DNA of 64,000 nt, from NCBI GenBank assembly GCA_947447525.1, contig CANFJL010000007.1, forward strand, positions 99,076 through 163,075, given 5' to 3'. The notes below the pieces were generated by a model. That model was not told the DNA's origin. It worked only from the letters and a program-made list of their open reading frames with translations, and did not search any database. This document shows positions 29,273-39,165 of the stretch, piece by piece. The position numbers were made by a program, and so were the translations under genes. This DNA comes from Flavobacteriales bacterium. GTDB lineage: Bacteria > Bacteroidota > Bacteroidia > Flavobacteriales_D > Crocinitomicaceae. Each line of letters opens with the position of its first letter. Position 1 is the stretch's first letter.

Positions 29273-29852
29273 TTAAAATAGATTGATAATCCTTTAATTT
29301 TTCTGCAAGTTGTTTGGTCGCATAAAATAAACGCGATTTAACGGTTCCTTCATTAATCACTAACACATCTGCAATTTCTTTCATGGACAGACCTTGAAGG
29401 TGGCGCAAGCTAAAAACTTCTCTGTGCTTATCGTCCAAACTTTCCATGCTTTCATCAAAGGCCACTTTAAAGAATTTATCTTGTACCGTATTCAGAACAT
29501 TATCTTCAGACTTTAGACTGTAATGCTGATCCAAGCTATTGCTGACATTTTTACGAACCTCAATCTTTTTATATTCATTTTTGCACATATTACAAGCAAT
29601 TGTAAACAACCAAGTTTTAAAAGATCTGTTGGCATCAAAAGCAGTTGGGTTGACAATTAATTTAGCAAACAGATCATGAACCATATCTTGCGCTTTTTCT
29701 TTATCCTGCCATAACATTTTATTAAAATAACCAAACAAAACCCCAGAATAACGCAAATATATTTCGTCAAAAGCACACTTTTCTCCCAGTGACAGTTGCA
29801 CCATCAAGTCCTCATCGGAAAGGGAGTCAAATCGTTTTTTAACGATAATCAT
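29262..29852 (-). CDS. ECF (sigma-70 family) RNA polymerase sigma factor
   Basis: Region 2 (FDEIYLRYSGVLFGYF...DMVHDLF) and region 4 HTH (LSMKEIADVLVINEGTVKSRL). Confidence 0.85.
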   Translation of the reverse strand: MIIVKKRFDSLSDEDLMVQLSLGEKCAFDEIYLRYSGVLFGYFNKMLWQDKEKAQDMVHDLFAKLIVNPTAFDANRSFKTWLFTIACNMCKNEYKKIEVRKNVSNSLDQHYSLKSEDNVLNTVQDKFFKVAFDESMESLDDKHREVFSLRHLQGLSMKEIADVLVINEGTVKSRLFYATKQLAEKLKDYQSILIEI

Positions 29853-29853
29853 A

Positions 29854-31050
29854 TTAGTTTTTCTTATTAATTACGGCAGATTTACCCGATTTCAATCCAA
29901 TCCACTGAATATGTAATTCAGTATTTACTTTTGCATATTTGACGATATTTAAATCGAACGCTCGAGCGTATTCAGATTCCAAATAGAATAGCATCGGTAG
30001 ATAATTACTGGATAAATTATTGCTCAATGGACTTTTAAATTTTGTAATATTCTTTCTATTCATTGTAAGCCATAAATCTTCTTGCTTTTGAATAGAAGGT
30101 AAATCTCTTGATGATTGAACTTCAAAAATCAAACCAAAAGGAACCAAGTTGGATTGCAGCGGGACAAAATATGGTGATGGAATCGTAAGAGATAATGCTA
30201 AATTCTTATCCTGGTTTAAAGCACAAAACGCTTCTAAAAAAGCAACATTAACCTCCCTTTGTCCCGGAATAGCATACCCCAATTTAGTTAAGGCATTACG
30301 ATAATGCTGACTCTGTAAGAAATCAAGTGAAATAACAGGGATTTGGTTGCTGTTCTTATTTACTATTTGTTCATACAAGACGCAATAGGTATCTAAGAAA
30401 CCATAAGTAATCAGCGTATTACAATCAGCACTTGACAATAAAACATCTGCAGCATAACTCAAGCCTTCTTCACTTATTTGTTCCTCATCTTTTAACTTTA
30501 ATAAGTATTTTTTAGCGTCCGTAGTGTCGCCAATAATTATTGAATTTGCCATTGATTGGATCAATACATCGCTATTATTAGGCGATAACTCAAGTGCTTT
30601 TTGAAGAAAAGGAGCGCGATCTACATCGTAATTTCCTGCCATGTAATAAAACAAATTATACTCAAATTCGGCGGTTGAATCTGCTTGAAGTTCAACAACC
30701 TTTTTATCTAATTCTTCTTGTATAGCTGGCTCGATGGTGCGGTACTCAGGTTGAGAAGAAGCTGATTTTTTAAGTTGGGTGAAAGACTTACTTACTACTT
30801 GTTTCTTAGAAAATGAAGCGCTTTCAGTTTTTTCTCTTTCCAGACTTGTTTTTGACTTAACACTTCTTTCTCTGAGCTCTTCCTTCTGATAGACCATACT
30901 ATCCAATACGAAAGTTGAATTTTTTTCCTCTTGAATTTGATTGGTGTTGAATTGAAAATTCAAACTATTATTTTGCGCAGGTGGTTGCGCTTGCGTCATC
31001 AGGCAAATTAAGAAGCTGAAGAAAAGAAGAAAGTACTTCATAACCGTCAT
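29854..31050 (-). CDS. hypothetical secreted protein (first gene of the ECF sigma operon)
   Basis: Signal peptide (FLLFFSFLICLMTQAQ). Stop lies 1 nt before the sigma-factor start. No recognisable domain. Confidence 0.55.
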   Translation of the reverse strand: MTVMKYFLLFFSFLICLMTQAQPPAQNNSLNFQFNTNQIQEEKNSTFVLDSMVYQKEELRERSVKSKTSLEREKTESASFSKKQVVSKSFTQLKKSASSQPEYRTIEPAIQEELDKKVVELQADSTAEFEYNLFYYMAGNYDVDRAPFLQKALELSPNNSDVLIQSMANSIIIGDTTDAKKYLLKLKDEEQISEEGLSYAADVLLSSADCNTLITYGFLDTYCVLYEQIVNKNSNQIPVISLDFLQSQHYRNALTKLGYAIPGQREVNVAFLEAFCALNQDKNLALSLTIPSPYFVPLQSNLVPFGLIFEVQSSRDLPSIQKQEDLWLTMNRKNITKFKSPLSNNLSSNYLPMLFYLESEYARAFDLNIVKYAKVNTELHIQWIGLKSGKSAVINKKN

Positions 31051-31190
31051 TTTATTCTATATACATCCATCGAAACAAATGGTTCATTTAAGACAGATTC
31101 TGAAAAGTAATATATAAAATCTAATAGTTTTCAATTTTATTTATTTTTATTACTGAGTTCTTGAATAAAAGTAATTTGACTAATAATACT

Positions 31191-31198
31191 TAGTTTTG
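31191..31198 (+). promoter_or_regulatory. -7 promoter motif TAnnTTTG (TAGTTTTG)
   Basis: Exact motif 17 nt upstream of the ATG at 31215. Confidence 0.35.
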
Positions 31199-31214
31199 AG
31201 CGTTGAACATGAGC

Positions 31215-32597
31215 ATGAAAAAAAAATATTCCCTTTTTCTATTATTAACTGCACTATTATTTCTTACAGGGATAAATTCCAGTTGCTCCAAAATCAAAGG
31301 AAATTCTAAAGGGCATCTTAATTTCTCGATTGACACTTTGGTCTTTGACACCGTATTTACCACAATTGGATCCACTACCCAACAATTTAAAATCTATAAT
31401 AACGAAAACAAACCTGTTCAAATTGATGAGATAGAATTAATGGGAGGCGCCAATTCGCCTTTTAGTATTAACATAGATGGAGAGGCAAAGGATTTTATCA
31501 AAAATATAACCCTTAGGGCAAATGACAGTTTGTTTGCATTTGTTGAAGTCAACTTGAATGTAAACAGTCAAACACTACCTTTAATCATTGAAGATTCTAT
31601 AAGATTTCGCACCAATGGAGTGGATCAATATGTAAAACTTACCGTTTGGGGACAAGACGCTTACTTTCATTACAAAGATTTAAATGAAGGGACTTGGCCC
31701 AACGACAAACCACATGTGATTTATGGTTATGCAGGGGTAGATTCATCCAAAACTTTAAACATCCAAGCAGGAACAAAAGTTTATTTGCATAAAAACGCAT
31801 TATTATACATTTACAAATCTACCTTAAACATCAATGGCACTTTAGGAAATGAAGTTGTATTTCAGGGAGATCGATTAGAATCTATGTATCAAGAGGTAGC
31901 AGGACAGTATTACGGAATCTATTTTCATCAAGCCAGAGCATCAACCATTGACTATGCCATAATGAAAAATGGGACAAGTGGAGTGCATCTTTTCGGCAAT
32001 GACGCAAGCAATCCAGGATACACTCTAACCATGACCAATACAAGAATCTTCAATCCTTCGAGGTATGGAGTTTTTATTTATTCAGGCGCTAAAGTCAAAG
32101 CGGAAAATTGTCTTATTTCAAGATGTGGAACCCATGCACTATTGGTGTTAGAAGGTGGAGATTTTAATTTCAATCACTGTAATTTGGTTGGATATGGGAA
32201 TTCACAATCCCCTGCAGTTGGAATAAGTAATTTTTACAATGATTACACAACAGGAACAACAAATGTAGGTTCCATAAATGAGGGGAAATTTTATAATTGT
32301 GTAATAGCTGGCAAGTTAGGGACAGAGATGGCTATTGATACACTTCAGATGAATGGGGTAAGCTTGAATTTTGATTTTAGATCCTGTTTAATCCGTTCAG
32401 AAACCGTTTATAATGATGCATTTTATCAGAACATTATTTGGAATCTCAATCCATTATTTGAAAACACCGCTCAGGGAGATTTTATATATCAAGCTATCTC
32501 GCCTTTAAATGGAGCAGGATTTGCAAGTTCTGTATTGAATGATATCTTTGGTAATCCAAGAAATAATCCTCCTGACATTGGAGCAGTAGAACTGTAA
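31215..32597 (+). CDS. lipoprotein with probable right-handed parallel beta-helix repeats
   Basis: MKKKYSLFLLLTALLFLTGINSSC lipobox. Repetitive G/N-rich beta-helix-like segments. C-terminal GNPR.NPPDIGAVE motif. Confidence 0.6.
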   Translation: MKKKYSLFLLLTALLFLTGINSSCSKIKGNSKGHLNFSIDTLVFDTVFTTIGSTTQQFKIYNNENKPVQIDEIELMGGANSPFSINIDGEAKDFIKNITLRANDSLFAFVEVNLNVNSQTLPLIIEDSIRFRTNGVDQYVKLTVWGQDAYFHYKDLNEGTWPNDKPHVIYGYAGVDSSKTLNIQAGTKVYLHKNALLYIYKSTLNINGTLGNEVVFQGDRLESMYQEVAGQYYGIYFHQARASTIDYAIMKNGTSGVHLFGNDASNPGYTLTMTNTRIFNPSRYGVFIYSGAKVKAENCLISRCGTHALLVLEGGDFNFNHCNLVGYGNSQSPAVGISNFYNDYTTGTTNVGSINEGKFYNCVIAGKLGTEMAIDTLQMNGVSLNFDFRSCLIRSETVYNDAFYQNIIWNLNPLFENTAQGDFIYQAISPLNGAGFASSVLNDIFGNPRNNPPDIGAVEL

Positions 32598-32598
32598 A

Positions 32599-32631
32599 CA
32601 AAAAAAGCGTCCTAATGAGACGCTTTTTTTG
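32599..32631. terminator. bidirectional rho-independent terminator between convergent genes
   Basis: A-run, GCGTC-CTAATGA-GACGC hairpin, then a T7 run. Serves the lipoprotein gene (+) and mdh (-). Confidence 0.8.
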
Positions 32632-32646
32632 TTTAATATAATTAAA

Positions 32647-33585
32647 TTAAGCAGTGGCAATCATATTGTCAAGAACCTCCATAACACCTTTTACAGCTTC
32701 TGCAGATTCATTTAATAAAGTTTTTTCTGCTTCATTAAGATCTAATTCAATGATTCTTTCGATTCCTTTTTTACCTAAAACAACAGGAACTCCTAAATAG
32801 ATATTATTTAAGCCATATTCACCTTGCAACCATGCGCATACAGGGAAAATTCTTTTTTGATCACGCACTATTGCTTCCACCATTTGTGCAGCAGCAGCTC
32901 CTGGCGCATACCATGCAGAAGTACCCAATAATTTTACTATTTCTCCACCACCAAACTTAGTTCTTTCGATGATTTCGTTCAATTTTTCTTCAGAGATTAA
33001 TTCAGTAACTGGGATTCCAGCAACAGTTGTATATCTAGGAAGAGGAACCATGGTATCACCATGACCACCCATCAATACTGCTTGAATATCTTTTGGAGAA
33101 ACATTTAATTCTGTCGCCAAGAACGCACGGTATCTAGCGGTATCTAAAACACCCGCCATTCCAAAGACTTTATTTGGATCTGTTTTAGCATTCAAAAATG
33201 CACAGTAAGTCATAACATCCAAAGGATTAGAAACAACTATTATAATAGCATCAGGAGAATACTTAACGATGTTTTCAGTTACAATCTTAACAATTCCCGC
33301 ATTGGTAGCGATTAAATCGTCTCTAGACATACCAGGTTTTCTTGGTAAACCAGAAGTAATTACAACAACATCAGAATCTTTTGTTTTTTCATAATCATTT
33401 GTAGATCCGATAACACGAGAATCATACAAATTAATAGGCGCTGTTTGCCATATATCAAGTGCCTTACCTTCAGCAAAACCCTCCTTTATGTCTAACAAGA
33501 CGATTTCATTGGCGATTTCGCGACTTGCAAGGACATCTGCGCATGTTGCTCCAACATTACCTGCTCCTACTACTGTAACTTTCAT
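32647..33585 (-). CDS. mdh: malate dehydrogenase (LDH-like MDH)
   Basis: MKVTVVGAGNVG NAD-binding loop, SGLPRKPGMSRDDL and GGHGDTMVP motifs. 312 aa. Confidence 0.95.
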   Translation of the reverse strand: MKVTVVGAGNVGATCADVLASREIANEIVLLDIKEGFAEGKALDIWQTAPINLYDSRVIGSTNDYEKTKDSDVVVITSGLPRKPGMSRDDLIATNAGIVKIVTENIVKYSPDAIIIVVSNPLDVMTYCAFLNAKTDPNKVFGMAGVLDTARYRAFLATELNVSPKDIQAVLMGGHGDTMVPLPRYTTVAGIPVTELISEEKLNEIIERTKFGGGEIVKLLGTSAWYAPGAAAAQMVEAIVRDQKRIFPVCAWLQGEYGLNNIYLGVPVVLGKKGIERIIELDLNEAEKTLLNESAEAVKGVMEVLDNMIATA

Positions 33586-33726
33586 ATGAAAAAATTTATT
33601 ATTGTTATTTTACGCTACAAAATTAATACAAATGATTAAATTTTCTTTAATTTGATGAACTTTTTAAGTAATATAAACTAAAGAGGCAACCCTAAATTTA
33701 ATTAAGCGTTTTCAAAATATAAAAAC

Positions 33727-34296
33727 TTGGAGAAGATTGACCCAATAAAGCATATTGTAGCAGGATGTTTGAGAAACGAAAGACGCGCTCAGGAGGAATT
33801 CTTCAAAATGTATTATGGGAAAATGTTATCTGTTTGTATGCGCTACATAAAAGATCGTGATAGCGCGCAAGAAGTACTCCAAGATGCTTTTATAAAGGTC
33901 TTTGAAAAATTGGAATTATTTGATTTCCGCGGTTCAATCGAGGGTTGGTTACGTCGTATCGTATCTAATACTGCAATTGATGCCATTAGAAAAGCCAAAA
34001 GAAACCCTTTTCTAAGTGGTGACGATAACGATTTTAAGCAAGTAGCAGAGAACGAAATGGAAAAACAAGAAGACTTAGCCTTTATGCAAATCAAAGCAGA
34101 AGTCGCCATGGAAGCCATTCAATCTTTGTCACCCGCCTACCGCACAGTCTTCAATATGTATGTTTTTGAGGAATATACACATAAAGAAATTGCCGAGATT
34201 CTTGGCATTAATGAAGGAACATCAAAATCCAATTTGTCTAAGGCAAAATTGAATTTGCAAAAAAAATTGAATTTAAAATTTGAAAAGATCCAATAA
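33727..34296 (+). CDS. ECF (sigma-70 family) RNA polymerase sigma factor
   Basis: Region 2 (EFFKMYYGKMLSVCMRY...EVLQDAFIKVF) and region 4 (YTHKEIAEILGINEGTSKSNL). TTG start. Confidence 0.85.
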   Translation: MEKIDPIKHIVAGCLRNERRAQEEFFKMYYGKMLSVCMRYIKDRDSAQEVLQDAFIKVFEKLELFDFRGSIEGWLRRIVSNTAIDAIRKAKRNPFLSGDDNDFKQVAENEMEKQEDLAFMQIKAEVAMEAIQSLSPAYRTVFNMYVFEEYTHKEIAEILGINEGTSKSNLSKAKLNLQKKLNLKFEKIQ

Positions 34297-35540
34297 TGAT
34301 GGACGATAAAATAAACGAAATATTTAAATCTGCACTTGAAGGGCATGAAATGCCTTACGATGCAAACGCCTGGAAAGCTTTTGAAAGTAATCTAGACGGA
34401 AAACAAGTGCCCAAAAAATCAAATCTTTGGAAATGGTTAACCGGTACTGCTGCTCTTGTTGCCATTATCAGCGTTTTCTTAGCTATTGAACCTTCCAAAC
34501 AAGTGAAATCTAGCGAGAAAAATACACGTGAATTACTTTCAAATAAAAAGAAAACTGAAATTATTTCAAATGAAGTAAAAGCTAGTCAAATTAAGGAACA
34601 ACTGGCTAAAAAAGAAATAAAAACTAAAACTCTCTTAAATTTATTACAAGAAGAAATTCCAACAATTGCCTCAGTAATTATTAATTTAAATGACGAAGGA
34701 CCACTAAAATCAAACATAATTAACAATGATTCAGAAATTAATACTTCTGATAATAACTATAATATAGTTGACCAGCAAGTATTCTATCCAGAAATAGAAA
34801 TTAATTGTGTGAATGAAGAACAGTGGATAGAAAATAAAAATTCTTTTAACCTAATGTTGCAGACTCCAACGGGTGAAGAAATAGTTTTAGTCGCCAATCA
34901 GAAAACATTAATTACTGCTAAAACTAAAGGGACCTATAAAATTGGCTGGTATATTGAACCGAATAATTTTAATGTCTACAAAAGCAAATTCATTAATGAT
35001 GTTCCTGCTCTAGATGTATTGACAGAAGAATTGAACTATGATAATGGATTACCAACTTTACCTGTGAAATTCAGAACGAATGAAGAAGAAGTTGTAACCC
35101 AATATGACAACCGTTCTATCACCTCTAATTCAAGTGAACAAAATATCTACTTATTTGAAAAAGGGGATATACAAATTCGTTTTACCGCAAGCAATATTCA
35201 TTCTTGCAAAACAACTGTAGTAAAAGAAATAAGTGTGGCCGAAAATTATAATTTATTAGCGGTAAATGCTTTTGATCCTTATTCGAGTGATAACAGGAAA
35301 AATAGTTTCATGCCATTTGCACTTACCAAAAGAACAAGTCCATTCGTACTTGTCATTATTGATCCAGCAGATGGAGGTGTTGTATTTCAATCTAATGACG
35401 CAAATAACTCATGGGATGGTTACGACAAAAGGAACGGTAAAATGGTGGCTCAGAATAAAGCATTCATTTGGAAAGTAAGTTTACAGAATCCAGAGAAAAA
35501 AGAAAAATCAGATTATAAAGGAACAATAATTCGTTTATAA
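34296..35540 (+). CDS. membrane-anchored sigma-partner protein with T9SS type-B (gliding-motility-associated) C-terminal-like domain
   Basis: The start overlaps the sigma stop (TAATGATG). N-terminal HEMPYDANAWKAF motif, one TM helix (WLTGTAALVAIISVFLAI). The C-terminal about 95 aa (NAFDP...FVLVIIDPADGGVVFQS...NSWDGYDKRNGKMV...YKGTIIRL) resemble the TIGR04131-type CTD. Confidence 0.6.
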   Translation: MMDDKINEIFKSALEGHEMPYDANAWKAFESNLDGKQVPKKSNLWKWLTGTAALVAIISVFLAIEPSKQVKSSEKNTRELLSNKKKTEIISNEVKASQIKEQLAKKEIKTKTLLNLLQEEIPTIASVIINLNDEGPLKSNIINNDSEINTSDNNYNIVDQQVFYPEIEINCVNEEQWIENKNSFNLMLQTPTGEEIVLVANQKTLITAKTKGTYKIGWYIEPNNFNVYKSKFINDVPALDVLTEELNYDNGLPTLPVKFRTNEEEVVTQYDNRSITSNSSEQNIYLFEKGDIQIRFTASNIHSCKTTVVKEISVAENYNLLAVNAFDPYSSDNRKNSFMPFALTKRTSPFVLVIIDPADGGVVFQSNDANNSWDGYDKRNGKMVAQNKAFIWKVSLQNPEKKEKSDYKGTIIRL

Positions 35541-35565
35541 ATAGATGTGCTAAGATATGTTAAGT

Positions 35566-35598
35566 AAGGATTATTCTCAGGGATAATCCTTATTTTTG
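35566..35598 (+). terminator. rho-independent terminator
   Basis: AAGGATTAT-(8 nt)-ATAATCCTT hairpin followed by ATTTTTG. Confidence 0.65.
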
Positions 35599-35692
35599 TT
35601 TTAAGCATTTCTATGAAAAAAATTCTACTATTTAATAGACTTCAAAATCCTAAGGGAAATGAAATATTTATGCACTTAAAAAATTATGTTGC

Positions 35693-37510
35693 ATGAGTAT
35701 AATTCATTTACTACCAGACCATATTGCCAATCAAATTGCAGCTGGAGAAGTTGTACAACGTCCTGCTTCTGTAGTAAAGGAGTTGATGGAAAATGCTGTA
35801 GATGCAGGTGCTCAAAACATTAAAGTAATCATAAAAGATGCTGGCCGGACTTCTATTCAAATAATTGATGATGGTAAAGGGATGCTTCCAACAGATGCAA
35901 TAAAGTGTTTTGAAAGACATGCTACAAGTAAAATAACGGTGGCAGATGATTTGTTTAGCTTGAAAACAAAAGGATTTCGAGGAGAAGCATTGGCCTCCAT
36001 TTCAGCTGTTGCGCATGTTGTATTAAAAACGAGACAAGAAGAAGTTGAATTAGGATTTTCAGTTGAAATCGAAGGGAGTAAAATTAGCAAACAAGAGGAA
36101 ACTGTTTGTGCTAAAGGGACTTCCTTTGAAATAAGAAATTTATTTTACAATATTCCCGCCAGAAGAAATTTTCTGAAATCCGATTATGTTGAATTTGGTC
36201 ACCTACAAGAAGAATTTATTCGAGTAGCATTGGCACATCCTGAATGTAAATTTATTCTTATTCACAACGACCAAGAATTATTACATCTCAATTCTGGTGT
36301 TCTTAGAAAGCGAATTGTTGATATTTTGGGGAAGTCGAGCAATGAGCATATTGTACCTATTGAAGAAGCAACCGACATCATTAAAATCGAAGGATATGTT
36401 GGAAAGCCAGAATTTGCAAGAAAGTCAAGAGGAGAGCAATATCTTTTTGTAAATAATCGATTTTTTAAAGACGCCTATTTCAATCATGCGGTCACTAAAG
36501 CATTTGAAGGATTAGTTCCAGAAAAATCATTTCCGTCGTATTTTATTTTTTTAACGGTTGATCCAAGCAAGATTGATGTCAATATTCACCCTACAAAAAC
36601 GGAGATAAAATTTGAAGAAGACAGGTTTATTTATTCTATTTTACTCAGCAGTATTAAAAAAGCATTGGGAAAATATAATATTATGCCCACACTAGATTTT
36701 GAAATTGAAACTAGTTTTGACATTCCAAGTTCTTTTAGAAAAAATCCACTTGTAGAACCACAAATCATTGTAAATCCAAATTATAATCCTTTTCATAAGC
36801 AGGCGAACACTTCTTCAAAAAGTGATTATTCGAAAGGAATTCAAGGTCAAGGCTTTGGGACAGATCAACCAGACGACAAAGATTGGGAGAATTTCTATGC
36901 AATAAACAAGGAGGATGCACCAGCCCGGCAAGGTCAAATAGAACTGGATGAATCCTTTGATACTGGAAATAACTTTTTAATTAGAGGAAAATACATTCTT
37001 TCCAATTGCAAATCTGGTGTTATGGTAATTGACATAAAAAGGGCAACAGAAAGAATTCGATATGAACAACTTTTACTTGCTTTTGTAAAAGAACCCATTC
37101 AACATCAGGCTTTATTATTTCCAATAGAAAAAGAATTATCGAAAGATGAGATCAGAATTTGGACAGAACACGAGTCTTTATTAGGGCAGCTTGGCTTTAC
37201 TGGAATATTAAAAGAAAACACCTTGCATCTTGGAAGTACTCCAAATGCATTACATGAGAGTCAAATTGAAACATGTTTTTCTGCCTTAATCAACCTTTTG
37301 GTTCATAGTGCCATAGACAAAGGCGACTTAGCACATCAAGTAGTAGCAGTTTTAGCCTACAACAGTGCGCGTACGGCCACAATTCAAGTGCCAGAGCAAG
37401 CAAGTCGTTTGATTGAAGAACTTTTTTCTTTGCCTGAACATGCATTTTGTCCCTCAGGAAAACCTATTATTAAAACCATCACATTAGAAGAAATAGCCGC
37501 TAAATTTTAA
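35693..37510 (+). CDS. mutL: DNA mismatch repair protein MutL
   Basis: GHKL ATPase N-terminus (IAAGEVVQRPASVVKELMENAVDAG, DDGKGM, GFRGEAL) and a MutL C-terminal dimerisation domain. Confidence 0.95.
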   Translation: MSIIHLLPDHIANQIAAGEVVQRPASVVKELMENAVDAGAQNIKVIIKDAGRTSIQIIDDGKGMLPTDAIKCFERHATSKITVADDLFSLKTKGFRGEALASISAVAHVVLKTRQEEVELGFSVEIEGSKISKQEETVCAKGTSFEIRNLFYNIPARRNFLKSDYVEFGHLQEEFIRVALAHPECKFILIHNDQELLHLNSGVLRKRIVDILGKSSNEHIVPIEEATDIIKIEGYVGKPEFARKSRGEQYLFVNNRFFKDAYFNHAVTKAFEGLVPEKSFPSYFIFLTVDPSKIDVNIHPTKTEIKFEEDRFIYSILLSSIKKALGKYNIMPTLDFEIETSFDIPSSFRKNPLVEPQIIVNPNYNPFHKQANTSSKSDYSKGIQGQGFGTDQPDDKDWENFYAINKEDAPARQGQIELDESFDTGNNFLIRGKYILSNCKSGVMVIDIKRATERIRYEQLLLAFVKEPIQHQALLFPIEKELSKDEIRIWTEHESLLGQLGFTGILKENTLHLGSTPNALHESQIETCFSALINLLVHSAIDKGDLAHQVVAVLAYNSARTATIQVPEQASRLIEELFSLPEHAFCPSGKPIIKTITLEEIAAKF

Positions 37511-37512
37511 TC

Positions 37513-38277
37513 ATGCTCAAAAATTTACCTCAAGTCACCAAGAATCTTTTGTTATTGAACATCATGTTCTTTGTTGCATCCCTTATTTTGGAATCTCAAA
37601 ACATTGATCTTATTGGGCAATTTGGGACACATTATGTTAATTCTCCTCAATTCAGACCTTTTCAAATTGTCACTCACTTTTTCATGCATGCAGACTTTTT
37701 CCACATTCTATTTAATATGTGGTTGTTTATCATGTTGGGTGCTTATCTAGAAAATCTCTGGGGCCCCAAAAGGTTTTTTATTTTTTATGTTGCCTCTGCT
37801 TTGGGTGCATTTGCTTTACATAATTCAATCGGAATTTATCAAATCTATGAACTAAGAGCAGGATTGTGTACTTATCTTCCAATGGATCAAATTGATGCGA
37901 TTATTGCTGCTACAGATAGAAAACATGTAGGTAATGCGCTTGAAAATTATATGATGATTCACCAATACCCAATTGAACCAGCTTTACAAAACTACCTTAC
38001 ACTTTGTATCACACCAATGGTAGGTGCTTCAGGAGCTATCTTTGGTGTAATGGCTGCCTTTGCTATATTGTTTCCGAACACGGAGTTTAGATTGTATTTT
38101 GCGATACCCATTAAAGCAAAATATTTTGTTGGTGCTTACTTCCTATTTGAAATTTATCAGGCTTTTCAAAATCAAGCTGGCGATTCTACAGCCCATTTAG
38201 CGCATGTTGGTGGAGCCATTGTAGGTGGAATTATTGTGTTGATTTGGAGGAAAAAAGACAGAGATAATTTTTACTAA
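37513..38277 (+). CDS. rhomboid family intramembrane serine protease
   Basis: HLLFNM-type motif (HILFNMW), catalytic GASGAIFG and HLAHVGGAIVG. Confidence 0.85.
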   Translation: MLKNLPQVTKNLLLLNIMFFVASLILESQNIDLIGQFGTHYVNSPQFRPFQIVTHFFMHADFFHILFNMWLFIMLGAYLENLWGPKRFFIFYVASALGAFALHNSIGIYQIYELRAGLCTYLPMDQIDAIIAATDRKHVGNALENYMMIHQYPIEPALQNYLTLCITPMVGASGAIFGVMAAFAILFPNTEFRLYFAIPIKAKYFVGAYFLFEIYQAFQNQAGDSTAHLAHVGGAIVGGIIVLIWRKKDRDNFY

Positions 38278-39161
38278 TGATGCAAAATAAAAATTTTCTA
38301 GAGGAAATTAAATTTCAAATTCGTCATGGAAAAATGACGAATAAACTGATCATCATTAATGTTGGCGTATTTGTCTTGATTCAACTGTTGATGGCAATTC
38401 AGCGTTTGACAGAAAGCAAAGATGGTTCTTTTATAAATAATATTTTTGGTTTAGATACACATATCGGCGGGTTTTTGATGAGACCATGGGGACTAATCAC
38501 TAGTATTTTTTCTCATTTTGATCTTTGGCATCTGCTATTCAATATGTTATTTCTATATTTTGCGGGTAAGTTTTTTGAAACGATTTTTGACCAAAAAAGA
38601 TTACTAGCAACCTATCTAATCGGTGGAATAATTGGTGGCTTAATAGAACTATTGGCGCATTATTTATTTTTTTATAACAGTAGCAACAGCCCATTTGTAG
38701 TGGGAGCTAGCGGATCGATTATGGCTATATTTGCTGCAATCGCTTTTTACAGTCCAAACACTAAAGTAATGCTCTTTGGTGTTCTTCCAATACGCTTATT
38801 CATTCTTGCTGTTTTCTTTTTATTAAAAGATATAATTGGAATCGGTCATGAAGATGGCATTGCCCATTTCGCCCATATTGGCGGAGCAATTTTGGGTGTG
38901 ATTTCAGTTCAAAACACTTATAGTCAAAGGAATATTATTACTTTCACACTTAAAATCTTTAAAAACCTAAGTACCTTTAACTTTGGCTCAAAGAAACAAA
39001 CAAAAAAGACTTTTCGCGCTAAAAGTGACGAGACTTACAACTATGAAAAAAAGATGAAACAAGAGAAGACAGATGTTATTTTAGATAAAATTGCAAAATC
39101 TGGGTATGAGTCTTTAAATAAAGCTGAAAAAGATTTTCTCTTTAACCAAAGCAATAAATAA
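38277..39161 (+). CDS. rhomboid family intramembrane serine protease with C-terminal soluble extension
   Basis: WHLLFNM, GASGSIMA and HFAHIGGAILG motifs, plus about 70 aa of basic/acidic tail (LDKIAKSGYESLNKAEKDFLF). Confidence 0.85.
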   Translation: MMQNKNFLEEIKFQIRHGKMTNKLIIINVGVFVLIQLLMAIQRLTESKDGSFINNIFGLDTHIGGFLMRPWGLITSIFSHFDLWHLLFNMLFLYFAGKFFETIFDQKRLLATYLIGGIIGGLIELLAHYLFFYNSSNSPFVVGASGSIMAIFAAIAFYSPNTKVMLFGVLPIRLFILAVFFLLKDIIGIGHEDGIAHFAHIGGAILGVISVQNTYSQRNIITFTLKIFKNLSTFNFGSKKQTKKTFRAKSDETYNYEKKMKQEKTDVILDKIAKSGYESLNKAEKDFLFNQSNK

Positions 39162-39165
39162 CCAT

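Noticed and set aside
31218-31226. Homopolymer tracts inside coding regions as possible phase-variation switches: A9 at 31218-31226 (lipoprotein signal peptide), T9 at 58718-58726 (membrane protein) and A8 at 12556-12563 (lipoprotein).
   Set aside because: The tracts are short, simply encode Lys runs in an AT-rich genome, and are in frame as given. Nothing in a single sequence shows variability.
35613-35696. 27-codon upstream ORF (MKKILLFNRLQNPKGNEIFMHLKNYVA) whose stop overlaps the mutL ATG (ATGA).
   Set aside because: A 27-codon open frame is not unusual by chance here (roughly 10-15% by a crude estimate). It has no recognisable features. It may deserve a look only if ribosome profiling data exist.
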